A stretch of DNA of 64,000 nucleotides, from NCBI GenBank assembly GCA_002352345.1, contig DEIG01000001.1, positions 13,028 to 77,027 on the forward strand. The letters are read 5' to 3'. A model generated the notes under the pieces. It searched no databases, was not told the DNA's origin, and saw nothing but the letters and a program-made list of their open reading frames with translations. Origin of the DNA: Methylococcaceae bacterium UBA2780. GTDB lineage: Bacteria > Pseudomonadota > Gammaproteobacteria > Methylococcales > UBA2780. Of the stretch, positions 50,453 through 60,327 are shown one piece after another. Made by a program: the position numbers and the translations under genes. Position 1 is the stretch's first letter. The number at the start of each line of letters is the position of its first letter.

Positions 50453-51379
50453 ATGTCCGTCTATACCGTTGTTGAAAGAGCAGAGCTCGAGCTATTCTTA
50501 ACCCACTACACTTTAGGCCAACTTGTCGATTTTAAAGGCATTAGTGATGGCATCGAAAACACCAACTATTTTGTCACCACTACACAGGGCGAGTTTGTCT
50601 TAACGCTTTTCGAATCACTCAACAATGAAGAGCTACCTTACTTTCTTGACTTGATGGCCTATTTGGCCGAACACAATATTCCTAGCGCTCACCCTCAACC
50701 TGATGACAATAACTGCTATCTGCGCGAGCTAAATGGTAAACCGGCAACGCTGGTCAACAAGCTAGAAGGAAAAGGGGTAACCGAAGCGACAGCGATTCAA
50801 TGTCGAGAAATTGGCTCTATGATGGCGAAAATGCACCTCGCTGGACAGAGCTTCCCCAATCAACGAAGTAACGAGCGTGGCCCTGAATGGTGGCACCAGA
50901 CCGCCCAACGACTTAGCCCTCACCTGACAAAAGCTGAAAAATCTTTGCTCGAAGAAGAGCTTAACTTTCAGGATCAATTTCGAAGTGCCCATCTACCAAA
51001 AGGGGTGATTCATGCTGATCTCTTTCGCGATAACGCACTATTTATCGACGATAAACTACGTGGACTGATCGATTTTTATTATGCCTGCAACGATGTATTA
51101 ATCTACGACCTAGCTGTTGCGGTCAACGACTGGTGCGGAGAACCAAATGGTTCTTTAAATGATGAAAAACTTGAGGCAATGCTTACCGGATACAAGCAAA
51201 TCCGCCCTCTAAACGACGAAGAAAAAGCTCTATGGCCAGCGATGCTTCGTGCTGGCGCACTAAGATTTTGGCTTTCCCGCCTTCAAGATAAACATTTCCC
51301 TCGCCCTGGAGAGCTGACACATATCAAAGACCCAGACGCTTTTCGTCAGATTCTTGAAAACAGGAAACAGCTTACTTAG
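50453..51379 (+). CDS. thrB: Homoserine kinase, APH/ThrB type II (Pseudomonas type)
   Basis: 308 aa. GISDGIENTNYFV...HADLFRDNALF...IDFYYACND are APH-fold kinase motifs. The thrB-type context is next to polA. Confidence 0.85.
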   Translation: MSVYTVVERAELELFLTHYTLGQLVDFKGISDGIENTNYFVTTTQGEFVLTLFESLNNEELPYFLDLMAYLAEHNIPSAHPQPDDNNCYLRELNGKPATLVNKLEGKGVTEATAIQCREIGSMMAKMHLAGQSFPNQRSNERGPEWWHQTAQRLSPHLTKAEKSLLEEELNFQDQFRSAHLPKGVIHADLFRDNALFIDDKLRGLIDFYYACNDVLIYDLAVAVNDWCGEPNGSLNDEKLEAMLTGYKQIRPLNDEEKALWPAMLRAGALRFWLSRLQDKHFPRPGELTHIKDPDAFRQILENRKQLT

Positions 51380-51408
51380 CCTGAAAAGCAAGCTAACCTC
51401 AAGCCCGT

Positions 51409-52455
51409 TCAGATACTGTACGCCCCAGCATATTCTCTTCTTTTTTGCCTCGATGGCTGCCGCACAGGCTCTAGCGAGTCTAAAAACTGCTGTGCACAAC
51501 TCTCCCAGCGATATCGGGAAACTGACTTCGAACAATCCTCACGATTGAGTTCAAGCGCAGCCATTACAGCTCTGCCGAGGTTTTTATCGAGTACGCCCGT
51601 CACATTTTGCTTAACAATATCAACTGGCCCAGCCACTGGGTATGCAGCCACCGGCACCCCACATGCTAGCGCCTCAATTAATGAGATTCCAAATGTATCC
51701 GTTTTACTCGGAAAAACAAAAACATCGGAAGCCGCCAAATATCTCGCCAACTCCTCACCCTGCTTAAAACCGACAAAGTGAACCTCTGGATATCTCTTTT
51801 CAAGGCGCACTCTATCTGGCCCATCACCCATTACCCGTTTTTTTACTGGAATATCAAGCTTCAAAAAGTCCTCGATATTCTTTTCCGCAGAGACTCGACC
51901 CATAAAAAGCGCAACCGGCCTCTCTTCGTTTAGGAGATTCTCATTTCGCGGATAAAAAAGGCGCCTATCAACACCTCTTTCCCAAACCTTCATACTCCTG
52001 AACCCCTCTACTAGCAAGCGGTTACGCATAGGATAGGTTGCTACAAGTGTATTACTGGCGCGACTATGGAAATTTCTCACCCAACGGTAGAGCCATTTAA
52101 CGGGAATTCCAGTTTGCGAGCTAATATGCTCTGGAAGCCTAGTGTGATAAGAGCTTGTAAAGTTTAGTCCATAGTCTAGACAGTATTTCCTTGCGGCAAT
52201 ACCTAAAGGTCCTTCTGTGGCAATATGAATGGCATCAGGACGGATCGCTCGCAATTGCCTTGCCACCTTTCTACTAGGAAAAATCGCCAACCTAACCGAA
52301 GGATAAGTTGGGCAAGGTACCGTTTTAAACTGATCCGGCTGAATAATAATCACCTGATGCCCCTGCTTTTCCAGCCATCTGGTCACTTCGGTGAGCGTTT
52401 TTACAACATCGTTTCCTTGAGGGTGCCAAGTATCACTCACTATAACGACCTTCAT
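51409..52455 (-). CDS. Glycosyltransferase family 4 (GT-B, group 1)
   Basis: MKVVIVSDTWHPQGNDVV...FVFPSKTDTFGISLIEALACGVPVAA is an EX7E-type motif. Confidence 0.85.
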   Translation of the reverse strand: MKVVIVSDTWHPQGNDVVKTLTEVTRWLEKQGHQVIIIQPDQFKTVPCPTYPSVRLAIFPSRKVARQLRAIRPDAIHIATEGPLGIAARKYCLDYGLNFTSSYHTRLPEHISSQTGIPVKWLYRWVRNFHSRASNTLVATYPMRNRLLVEGFRSMKVWERGVDRRLFYPRNENLLNEERPVALFMGRVSAEKNIEDFLKLDIPVKKRVMGDGPDRVRLEKRYPEVHFVGFKQGEELARYLAASDVFVFPSKTDTFGISLIEALACGVPVAAYPVAGPVDIVKQNVTGVLDKNLGRAVMAALELNREDCSKSVSRYRWESCAQQFLDSLEPVRQPSRQKRREYAGAYSI

Positions 52456-52636
52456 GCCAACCTCCCTTAAACATTAATTTACGTCAGCATAATTACGTCT
52501 AAATATTTCATTCAAATGACCATTTTATTACCACTTGGTTAAACCGCTTAATTCATCCTATAGCACGTCACACTGCTGTCATAAAAAAACCTTAGCTTAA
52601 CGCTCAAATAAAACGAGATATGAGACAAGGAGCCTT

Positions 52637-53086
52637 ATGATGAACAGGCAAAACGCAACGAAGCTACTGTTTTTATGCCCAGATAACAGCATCTTTTCCC
52701 CCATCGCCGCCGCATGGGCTAATGAACTGGGAGATGGACATGTCCACTCTTTTTCCGCGGGACTCTCTAGCTGCAAAAGAAATAAAGCCGCAATAGAGGT
52801 AATGGGTGAAACTGATATCACGCTTAAAGAACAGCCAAACATACTAACCAATGAGCTGCTAAAGTGGCCAGATTTAGTGATTGCCTACACCGATGAGGCC
52901 GCAAAGCACTTGCCGCTTCCACCGGGATTACAGCTTTTTACACATGATATTCCCAGCCAACTGAATAAATCCGACAAGGAGTCTATCAGACAGGTCCGGG
53001 ACCGCATCTTCAAGCAGATTCAACCACTTATAGAAGGCATTAAGAAGAGCCATCGCAAACAGTTGCGCCTGAATAAAACACATTAA
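52637..53086 (+). CDS. LMW-PTP/ArsC-fold protein with a degenerate P-loop
   Basis: KLLFLCPDNSIFSPIAAAWANEL...SAG... aligns with LMW-PTP/ArsC (FLCTGNSCRSQMAEGW). The CX5R arginine is replaced by Phe (CPDNSIFS). Confidence 0.6.
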   Translation: MMNRQNATKLLFLCPDNSIFSPIAAAWANELGDGHVHSFSAGLSSCKRNKAAIEVMGETDITLKEQPNILTNELLKWPDLVIAYTDEAAKHLPLPPGLQLFTHDIPSQLNKSDKESIRQVRDRIFKQIQPLIEGIKKSHRKQLRLNKTH

Positions 53087-53401
53087 ATATCCCACAGATG
53101 AACTTAGAAAATAGCGGGCCGTATCAATGAACAACAAGAGTAACAACCGCCTAAATTTTCTGAACAAAACGATGTGCTATTGCTCCAAATCAAGGCCATC
53201 ACCAGAATGACCTCGTTGCCATTCTGGCTATAACATCATCTCGCCTTCCTACAGTTGCGAGAAAATTGCCCATATTAGCTTTTGCTCCCCTCTCACCAGC
53301 TTCATGCTAAGTTTGGTTGCTTTTTAGCTGACACAATTTCCACACGACTTGATTTCACAGTAACATAACGATCCGCGACTTCCCTGACCACCCGGATTCA
53401 A

Positions 53402-53929
53402 ATGCTCCAAACACTTGCTGATCGTATAGACCGCCTAAATGACTGGGTAGGCCGCACTACCGCATGGCTTACACTTGCCATGGTTTTGGTTACCTTCTCA
53501 ATTGTTATATTACGTTACCTTTTTGATCTAGGTTGGATTGCGCTACAAGAATCCGTCTCTTACATGCACTGCCTCGTTTTTATGCTCGGTATCAGCTGGA
53601 CGCTCAAAAACGACGGCCATGTTCGTGTTGATATCTTCTACCAACGCTGCCATCCCAAAAAACGCGCCCTACTAGATATTCTGGGAACCGTTTTTCTCTT
53701 AATCCCTGTCTCTATTTTCATCTTTTATACGAGTCTCGATTATGTCGCCAACTCTTGGGAGCAGCTTGAAAGCTCAAGGGAAGCAGGAGGATTACCGGGT
53801 GTTTTTCTATTAAAAAGCCTTATCCCTCTAACTGCCAGTCTCCTTTTTTTGCAGGGTATAAGCTTAATATGCCGCTCAATAATAGCCTTCAATACCCAAG
53901 AAATTAAAGGGGAAACGGGGTGGAATTAA
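53402..53929 (+). CDS. TRAP transporter small permease (DctQ-type)
   Basis: 175 aa with 4 TM segments; it overlaps the following large permease gene by 10 nt. Confidence 0.8.
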   Translation: MLQTLADRIDRLNDWVGRTTAWLTLAMVLVTFSIVILRYLFDLGWIALQESVSYMHCLVFMLGISWTLKNDGHVRVDIFYQRCHPKKRALLDILGTVFLLIPVSIFIFYTSLDYVANSWEQLESSREAGGLPGVFLLKSLIPLTASLLFLQGISLICRSIIAFNTQEIKGETGWN

Positions 53930-55305
53930 CCGAGTCAGCATTAGCTATATGGATGTTTATATCCGTATTTATCATCTTGCTAAGTGGCTACCCCGTCGCT
54001 TTGGCACTCGGCGGTACCGCACTTGGATTTGCTGCACTTGGAAACACATTGGAGCTTTTTGATGGCGACTTTCTAAGCGCCTTGCCAAACCGCATCTACG
54101 GCATTATGCGCAATGAAACACTGATTGCAGTTCCTCTGTTTGTTTTTATGGGCGTTGTTTTAGAAAAGGCAAAAATAGCCGAAAGCCTTCTCGAGACGAT
54201 GTCCGACCTATTTGGCTCTTTGCGTGGAGGTCTTGGCATTTCAGTAATGCTTGTCGGCATGCTGATGGCTGCAAGCACCGGCATTGTTGGCGCAACCGTG
54301 GTCACTATGGGGCTACTTTCTCTACCCACCATGCTCCGCCACCAATATGATCCCGCCATCGCCGCCGGAGCAATTTGCGCGTCAGGCACACTGGGGCAGA
54401 TCATCCCCCCCTCTATCGTTCTGGTTTTACTGGGTGATGTTCTCTCCTCTGCCTATCAACAGGCTCAACTAGATATGGGGATCTTTGCACCGGATACCAT
54501 CTCCGTCGGAGACCTCTTTGCTGGCGCAGTTATTCCAGGCCTTTTGCTAGTCAGTTGTTATGTTGTTTACCTGCTAATCGTGGCTTGGTTAAATCCAAAT
54601 AAAATGCCCGCGCCACCTCATGCCCCTAGCAAACAGAAACCCTCAATTACCACATTGCTTTCTGCACTACTGCCCCCGTTGGGGTTAATCGTTGCGGTAC
54701 TCGGCTCAATTCTAGGGGGCATCGCCACACCAACAGAGGCGGCGGCCGTTGGGGCAACCGGTGCACTGCTTTTAACCTATTCTCGAAAAGCGCTTTCACT
54801 CAAGCTGCTACGCGATGTCGTTCAAAACACGACCCAAGTTACCAGCATGGTCTTTCTAATTTTGATTGGCGCATCACTCTTCTCTCTCGTTTTTCGTGGA
54901 TTTGAAGGTGATGAACTCATCACCGAACTACTAAGCGACCTTCCCGGAGGGACATTCGGTGCAATGCTGATTGTGATGCTGGTGATGTTTCTACTCGGCT
55001 TTGTGCTCGATTTTATTGAGATAACCTTTGTAATTGTCCCAATAGTTGGGCCCGTTTTACTGGCAATGGGGCTTGATCCTGTCTGGCTCGGCATCATGAT
55101 TGCGTTAAACCTCCAAACCTCCTTCCTAACTCCTCCATTTGGGTTTGCGCTATTTTATCTACGCGGCGTTGCACCCGCTGAAGTGTCCACACTGCACATA
55201 TATAAGGGTGTTATGCCTTTTATTGCTATCCAAATTGCACTACTAGCCTTTCTTGCTGTTTACCCTGAGCTGGCCACATGGCTGCCGAATCTTATTTACC
55301 CTTAA
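53920..55305 (+). CDS. TRAP transporter large permease (DctM-type)
   Basis: 461 aa, polytopic, with a typical DctM N-terminus and GQIIPPSI motif. Confidence 0.88.
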   Translation: MELTESALAIWMFISVFIILLSGYPVALALGGTALGFAALGNTLELFDGDFLSALPNRIYGIMRNETLIAVPLFVFMGVVLEKAKIAESLLETMSDLFGSLRGGLGISVMLVGMLMAASTGIVGATVVTMGLLSLPTMLRHQYDPAIAAGAICASGTLGQIIPPSIVLVLLGDVLSSAYQQAQLDMGIFAPDTISVGDLFAGAVIPGLLLVSCYVVYLLIVAWLNPNKMPAPPHAPSKQKPSITTLLSALLPPLGLIVAVLGSILGGIATPTEAAAVGATGALLLTYSRKALSLKLLRDVVQNTTQVTSMVFLILIGASLFSLVFRGFEGDELITELLSDLPGGTFGAMLIVMLVMFLLGFVLDFIEITFVIVPIVGPVLLAMGLDPVWLGIMIALNLQTSFLTPPFGFALFYLRGVAPAEVSTLHIYKGVMPFIAIQIALLAFLAVYPELATWLPNLIYP

Positions 55306-55397
55306 CAGGATCACCTCCGGTATTCAGTTAACATTCATACTGCAAAGAGAAAATAACCCATTCCGACCTCACAACGACCAACTAAAAGGAATTACCT

Positions 55398-56243
55398 ATG
55401 CTAGAAAAACTAACCTCCCTAATACAGAACTTGGATCTCGCCGAGCTCGCCTCCACTTACGCCATCCCCTGGACTATAAATATTGTGATGGCCCTAGTTA
55501 TCTACGTCATTGGTAAAACGGTTGTTAGCATTGTCGTTAATCTTGTTAAGAAACTGCTCGTTAAGGCCAAAATGGATGACATTCTGATCAACTTCGTTTG
55601 CTCCATTATGAGCAGCATTCTTATCTTGTTCGTTATTGTTGCAGCACTTGACCAACTTGGTATCGACACCACCTCCTTCATCGCCTTATTAGGTGCGGCC
55701 GGTTTAGCCGTTGGTCTTGCCTTGCAAAGTTCTCTACAAAACTTTGCCGCAGGCGTCATGTTAATTATCTTTCGCCCATTTAAAGCAGGGGATTTTGTTG
55801 AAGCAGGTGGCACATCGGGTGTTGTTGAAGATATCAGCATTTTCAGCACAACCCTTAAAACGGGCGACAACCGCGAAGTAATCGTTCCTAACGGCTCGAT
55901 TTACGGTGGCACAATCACAAACTACTCCGCCAAAGAGACACGAAGAATCGATATGGTTTTTGGGATTGGATATGACGATGATATTCGCCTTGCCAAAGAG
56001 ATCATCAATACAGTGGTTTCATCTGATGAGCGCGTTCTAAAAGAGCCCGAAACATTAATTGCAGTAAGTGAACTGGCCGATAGCAGCGTCAATTTTGCGG
56101 TTAGGCCTTGGGTGAAAAGTGCTGATTACTGGGGCGTTAAATTCGACCTAACAGAGAAAATCAAACTGGCTTTCGACGAACAAGGCATTTCAATTCCTTA
56201 TCCTCAAATGGATCTGCATCTAAACAAGCAAGAGGTTAGTTAA
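55398..56243 (+). CDS. Small-conductance mechanosensitive channel (MscS family)
   Basis: 281 aa with 3 TM segments, then RPFKAGDFVEAGGTSGVVEDISIFSTTLKTGDNREVIVPNG, the MscS beta-domain. Confidence 0.9.
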   Translation: MLEKLTSLIQNLDLAELASTYAIPWTINIVMALVIYVIGKTVVSIVVNLVKKLLVKAKMDDILINFVCSIMSSILILFVIVAALDQLGIDTTSFIALLGAAGLAVGLALQSSLQNFAAGVMLIIFRPFKAGDFVEAGGTSGVVEDISIFSTTLKTGDNREVIVPNGSIYGGTITNYSAKETRRIDMVFGIGYDDDIRLAKEIINTVVSSDERVLKEPETLIAVSELADSSVNFAVRPWVKSADYWGVKFDLTEKIKLAFDEQGISIPYPQMDLHLNKQEVS

Positions 56244-56292
56244 AAATTAACCACTGGGCCAGAATTCATCTGGCCCAGTGGGCATTTGGTTT
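56243..56292. terminator. Bidirectional rho-independent terminator between convergent genes
   Basis: Perfect 13-bp stem CCACTGGGCCAGA-ATTCA-TCTGGCCCAGTGG (56251-56281), flanked by an A-run upstream and a T-rich tract downstream. Confidence 0.8.
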
Positions 56293-56294
56293 AG

Positions 56295-56930
56295 TTAGCG
56301 ATTACGGCGGCGGTATAAAACCTCATCCGCAAGATCAATTACATCAACAACAGAGCCATTTCCACCCAGCACTCTGACCACTTTGTCACCCAAACGGCGG
56401 TATTCAGACCCATCTCGTAATTCTGGCAGCCTTCTGGTTAACTCTTCTGGCATGCGTACAGAGCGTTCCAACAAATCCCTATCCAGCACTTCTCCCTTAA
56501 CAACTTTATTCTGCCAACCTGGAGGCAACTCACCACCTCGCTCTAGCTTTTTCTGTAACCCATAAGGTAGTTTTTTCTTTTTATGCTTTTGATTACGATC
56601 CCCATCAAATTCACGATCTCTATAATACTCACGAACTTTCAGTTGATCCCATTCACTTAAATCTGACCGGCTCCTTCGGTAACTGCGCTCACTTTCCACT
56701 TCATCCGAATATTTTTCACCTTTCTCTTTATGTTTTTCTTTTCGCTTTTCTGACCACTCACGTTGCCCGCGTTCAGCCTCAGAGTACTCAGCTTTTTTAG
56801 CTTTCCCTCCTTTGTTGCCAGCCCACTCAGGTTTACCAGCCTGAGATGCAGTACCCGTCATCAGGAGCCCTGCTGCTGCAATAACAACCAACCCTTGTTT
56901 TAGTTTTCTCATCTCTTTCCTCTCTGACAC
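56295..56930 (-). CDS. Secreted, highly charged CigR/RcnB-like protein
   Basis: Signal peptide (the start is probably MRKLKQGLVVIAAAGLL at 56912), a K/E/R-rich middle region, then LPYGLQKKLERGGELPPGWQ and YRRLGDKVVRVLGGNGSVVDVIDL. Confidence 0.55.
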   Translation of the reverse strand: MSERKEMRKLKQGLVVIAAAGLLMTGTASQAGKPEWAGNKGGKAKKAEYSEAERGQREWSEKRKEKHKEKGEKYSDEVESERSYRRSRSDLSEWDQLKVREYYRDREFDGDRNQKHKKKKLPYGLQKKLERGGELPPGWQNKVVKGEVLDRDLLERSVRMPEELTRRLPELRDGSEYRRLGDKVVRVLGGNGSVVDVIDLADEVLYRRRNR

Positions 56931-57005
56931 CTGTTATCAATCAACAAAAACTCATTAGAAGTCAGTTCAACTGAACAGCGACTGAACTACGTTAGATAAA
57001 CCGCT

Positions 57006-58088
57006 CTACAGTGACCGAGCCCGTGTGTAAGCTTGCTCAGAAATACTCTGCCACTTACCAGCCTGTTTTTGAAAAGTAGAGTAGGAGGCATAGATCTTTT
57101 TAGCCATAGGATCTTTTTCTGCTATTTCGGTCACCACCTGTTCTGATATGGTCTTTAGCTGCCTGAGCACATCATCAGGGAACGGTTTTAGCTGAACACC
57201 ATGCTTGTTAACTAAAGCATCCAGCGCCTGATTATTTTTAACTGTGAAATCAGCAAGCATGTCCATATTAGCGGCTTTACAAGCAGCTAGGACGATCGAT
57301 TGCAGGTCATCTGGCAGAGACTCGAACGCCTCTTTGTTGATAAAACATTCGATGATTGAACCGGGCTCATGCCAGCCGGGGTAATAGTAGTATTTAGCGG
57401 CTTTATGTAGACCAAAAGCCATATCATTGTAGGGGCCAACCCATTCGGTTGCGTCTATATTGCCAGACTGTAGCGAAGTGAATATTTCCCCGCCGGGTAA
57501 ACTAACGGGGGTTCCTCCTGCACGCTTTAAAACTTCCCCGCCGAGCCCAGGGATTCGCATTTTCAACCCTTTTAAATCCTCAGCAGATTTGATCTCTTTG
57601 TTGAACCACCCACCCATCTGCACACCAGTATTACCCGAAGCCGCAGGAACCAAGTTAAAAGGGGCGTAAAGTTCACGCCAAAGCTCCATGCCACCACCGT
57701 AGTACAGCCAACCATTGACCTCTTGCGCGGTCATCCCAAATGGAACTGAAGAGAAAAACTGTGTCGCTTCGTGCTTACCTTTCCAGTAATAAGCCCCACC
57801 ATGTCCCATCTGCGCGGTTCCCTGGGAAACAGCATCGAACACCTCAAATGCAGGAACAAGTTCTTTAGCACCGTAGACTTTTATTTTGATCCGGCCACCG
57901 CTCATCTCACCGATCAATTTCGCCAAGTAGTTTGCGTTAGCACCCAGTCCCGGAAAATTTTTTGGCCAAGTGGTGACCATTTTCCAGCGGAATTTTGTTT
58001 TAGCTTCGGCAACAGTCGGGATAGCAGCGGCTGCACCTGCGGCGACCGATGTGGTGACCACTTTTTTGATAAATGAACGACGTTTCAT
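57006..58088 (-). CDS. TRAP transporter substrate-binding protein (DctP type, Tat-like signal)
   Basis: MKRRSFIKKVVTTSVAAGAAAAIPTVAEA (twin-Arg-like), then a DctP-type SBP. The ATG at 58088 is preceded by AGGAG. Confidence 0.88.
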   Translation of the reverse strand: MKRRSFIKKVVTTSVAAGAAAAIPTVAEAKTKFRWKMVTTWPKNFPGLGANANYLAKLIGEMSGGRIKIKVYGAKELVPAFEVFDAVSQGTAQMGHGGAYYWKGKHEATQFFSSVPFGMTAQEVNGWLYYGGGMELWRELYAPFNLVPAASGNTGVQMGGWFNKEIKSAEDLKGLKMRIPGLGGEVLKRAGGTPVSLPGGEIFTSLQSGNIDATEWVGPYNDMAFGLHKAAKYYYYPGWHEPGSIIECFINKEAFESLPDDLQSIVLAACKAANMDMLADFTVKNNQALDALVNKHGVQLKPFPDDVLRQLKTISEQVVTEIAEKDPMAKKIYASYSTFQKQAGKWQSISEQAYTRARSL

Positions 58089-58173
58089 ATTGGCTCCTGC
58101 TCTAATTTTATTGTGCACCACAAAGATCTAGCATTGATTCTTTTTCCTTTAAATCCACTGCAGTGAAATATTT

Positions 58174-60327
58174 CTACAATTTTTCTAGCTTTGCATAACC
58201 TGCAACCAGAGTTTTAATGCCGACCGAATTAAAGTTAATCTGAATCTGCGCACTATCTCCTTCACCCTCTTGCTGTAGCACAACCCCTTCTCCAAATTTA
58301 GCATGGTACACACGCTGGCCAAGCCGGTATTCTGCCTCTTTCTGGCTCATCGAAGGGCTGACTGAAACCGGCCGGCTAATGGTTGCCCGCATTCTAACTT
58401 CTTCAATATGCTCTTCGGGGATTTCACGCAAAAAACGTGAAGCCTTCGGATAGGTTTCTCGCCCATAAAGCCGCCGTGATTCTGCATAAGTGAGGTAGAG
58501 TTTTTCCATTGCACGGGTCATACCGACGTAGCAAAGTCTCCGCTCTTCCTCTAGGCGCCCCGGCTCGGTTATTGAACGCTCACCAGGGAAAAGCCCCTCT
58601 TCCAGCCCAACCACAAAGACCAACTTGAACTCCAACCCTTTCGCAGAATGCAGCGTCATCAATTGCACACAATCATCGTATTCCTCTGCTTGGCCTTCGC
58701 CCGCTTCCAGAGCAGCATGAGCTAGAAAGCTACTCAGTTCGTCTAACTCACCTTCATCTTCTGTCCAGACAAACTGCTTCGCTGCATTTGCCAGCTCTTC
58801 CAAGTTTTCGATCCGTGCCTCGCCTTTTTCCCCTTTCTCTTTTTTGTAATGCTCAATCAGTCCGCTTTTTTCAACAACAATCCTGACTTTTTCAAATAGA
58901 ACTTTATCTTTTGCCTCACTCGTTAAGCCATTAATAAGTGCCAAAAAGGCATTAAGTGCATTGGAGGCACGAGCCGGAAGTTGCTTGCGATTTATAATTG
59001 AGATTGCCGCCTCCCACAGTGAGCTACTCTCGCTTTGCGCTTCGGCGCGAATCAGATCAACTGTGCGACTACCGATTCCGCGTGTGGGAGTATTAACAAT
59101 CCGTTCAAACGAGGGATCATCGTTTTTATTGGCAATAAGGCGAAGGTAGGCGAGCCCATTCTTAATTTCTGCCCGATCAAAAAATCGTTGTCCTCCATAA
59201 ACTCGGTAAGGAATAGCAGAAGCCATCAGCTTTTCTTCAAACAGTCGAGATTGTGCATTTGAGCGGTAAAGGATGGCGGCATCACCTCTGGCATTACCAT
59301 CTGCCGACCATTTACGGATACGCTCGACAACAAAATGCGCCTCATCCTGCTCATTAAAGGCATTATAGAGGGAGATTTTTTCTCCTTCTGAATCTTCTGT
59401 CCAAAGCTCTTTACCCATTCGCCCAGCGTTATTGGCAATCACACTATTTGCCGCACCGAGGATATTGCCTGTTGATCGGTAGTTCTGTTCTAAGCGAACC
59501 ACTTTGTGTGCGGGATTATCTTTCTGAAAAGTATGAATATTCTCGACCCGCGCCCCACGCCAGCCATAGATAGATTGATCATCATCGCCCACCACAAACA
59601 TATTCTCTCGCCCTTGCGAGAGCAGCCTTAGCCAGGCGTATTGAATGGCGTTGGTGTCTTGAAACTCATCAACCAAAATATAGCGAAAACGACTTTGATA
59701 CTCTTCTAACAGTGCGGGGGTATCACGCAATAATTCAAAGCTGCGCAGCAATAGCTCGGCAAAATCGACTAACCCTGAACGCTGGCAGTTTGCCTCATAC
59801 TCCGCATAAATCTTCAACAGCTGCCGCCTGAAAGGATCCATTCCAGCATCAACATGGGCCGCACGTAATCCTTCGTCTTTTTGCTCATTGATAAACCACT
59901 GAACCTGACGAGGTGGGCAGCGACTTTCATCAATCCCAAGATTTTTCATCAAGCGCTTAATCAGGCGGTATTGGTCATCTGAATCTAGGATCTGAAATGT
60001 ATCAGGGAGCTTTGCTTCGGCAGCATGGCGCCTTAAAAAACGGTGCGTAAGGCCATGAAAGGTACCAATCCACATGCCTCCCGCTGGCATTTTCAAAAGA
60101 GATTCAACCCTGCCTCGCATCTCCGCAGCTGCTTTGTTGGTAAAAGTAACAGAGAGGATATTACTCGGATAGGCACCATCCACTTTAATCAACCAGGCAA
60201 TCCGGTGAACAAGTACACGCGTTTTACCACTGCCCGCACCCGCCAAGACCAGCATTGAATTGTTAGAGGCAGAGACAGCCTCTCTTTGTGCATCGTTTAA
60301 TGATGAAATAATTGCGTTAAGTTCCAT
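58174..60327 (-). CDS. uvrD: DNA helicase II
   Basis: 717 aa. LNDAQREAV...AGAGSGKTRVL (Walker A), DEFQDTN and the remaining SF1 motifs. Confidence 0.95.
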   Translation of the reverse strand: MELNAIISSLNDAQREAVSASNNSMLVLAGAGSGKTRVLVHRIAWLIKVDGAYPSNILSVTFTNKAAAEMRGRVESLLKMPAGGMWIGTFHGLTHRFLRRHAAEAKLPDTFQILDSDDQYRLIKRLMKNLGIDESRCPPRQVQWFINEQKDEGLRAAHVDAGMDPFRRQLLKIYAEYEANCQRSGLVDFAELLLRSFELLRDTPALLEEYQSRFRYILVDEFQDTNAIQYAWLRLLSQGRENMFVVGDDDQSIYGWRGARVENIHTFQKDNPAHKVVRLEQNYRSTGNILGAANSVIANNAGRMGKELWTEDSEGEKISLYNAFNEQDEAHFVVERIRKWSADGNARGDAAILYRSNAQSRLFEEKLMASAIPYRVYGGQRFFDRAEIKNGLAYLRLIANKNDDPSFERIVNTPTRGIGSRTVDLIRAEAQSESSSLWEAAISIINRKQLPARASNALNAFLALINGLTSEAKDKVLFEKVRIVVEKSGLIEHYKKEKGEKGEARIENLEELANAAKQFVWTEDEGELDELSSFLAHAALEAGEGQAEEYDDCVQLMTLHSAKGLEFKLVFVVGLEEGLFPGERSITEPGRLEEERRLCYVGMTRAMEKLYLTYAESRRLYGRETYPKASRFLREIPEEHIEEVRMRATISRPVSVSPSMSQKEAEYRLGQRVYHAKFGEGVVLQQEGEGDSAQIQINFNSVGIKTLVAGYAKLEKL

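Noticed and set aside
53127-53210. 27-codon ORF (MNNKSNNRLNFLNKTMCYCSKSRPSPE) in the long dctQ leader
   Set aside because: It has no Shine-Dalgarno sequence and no recognisable peptide family, so it is probably chance.
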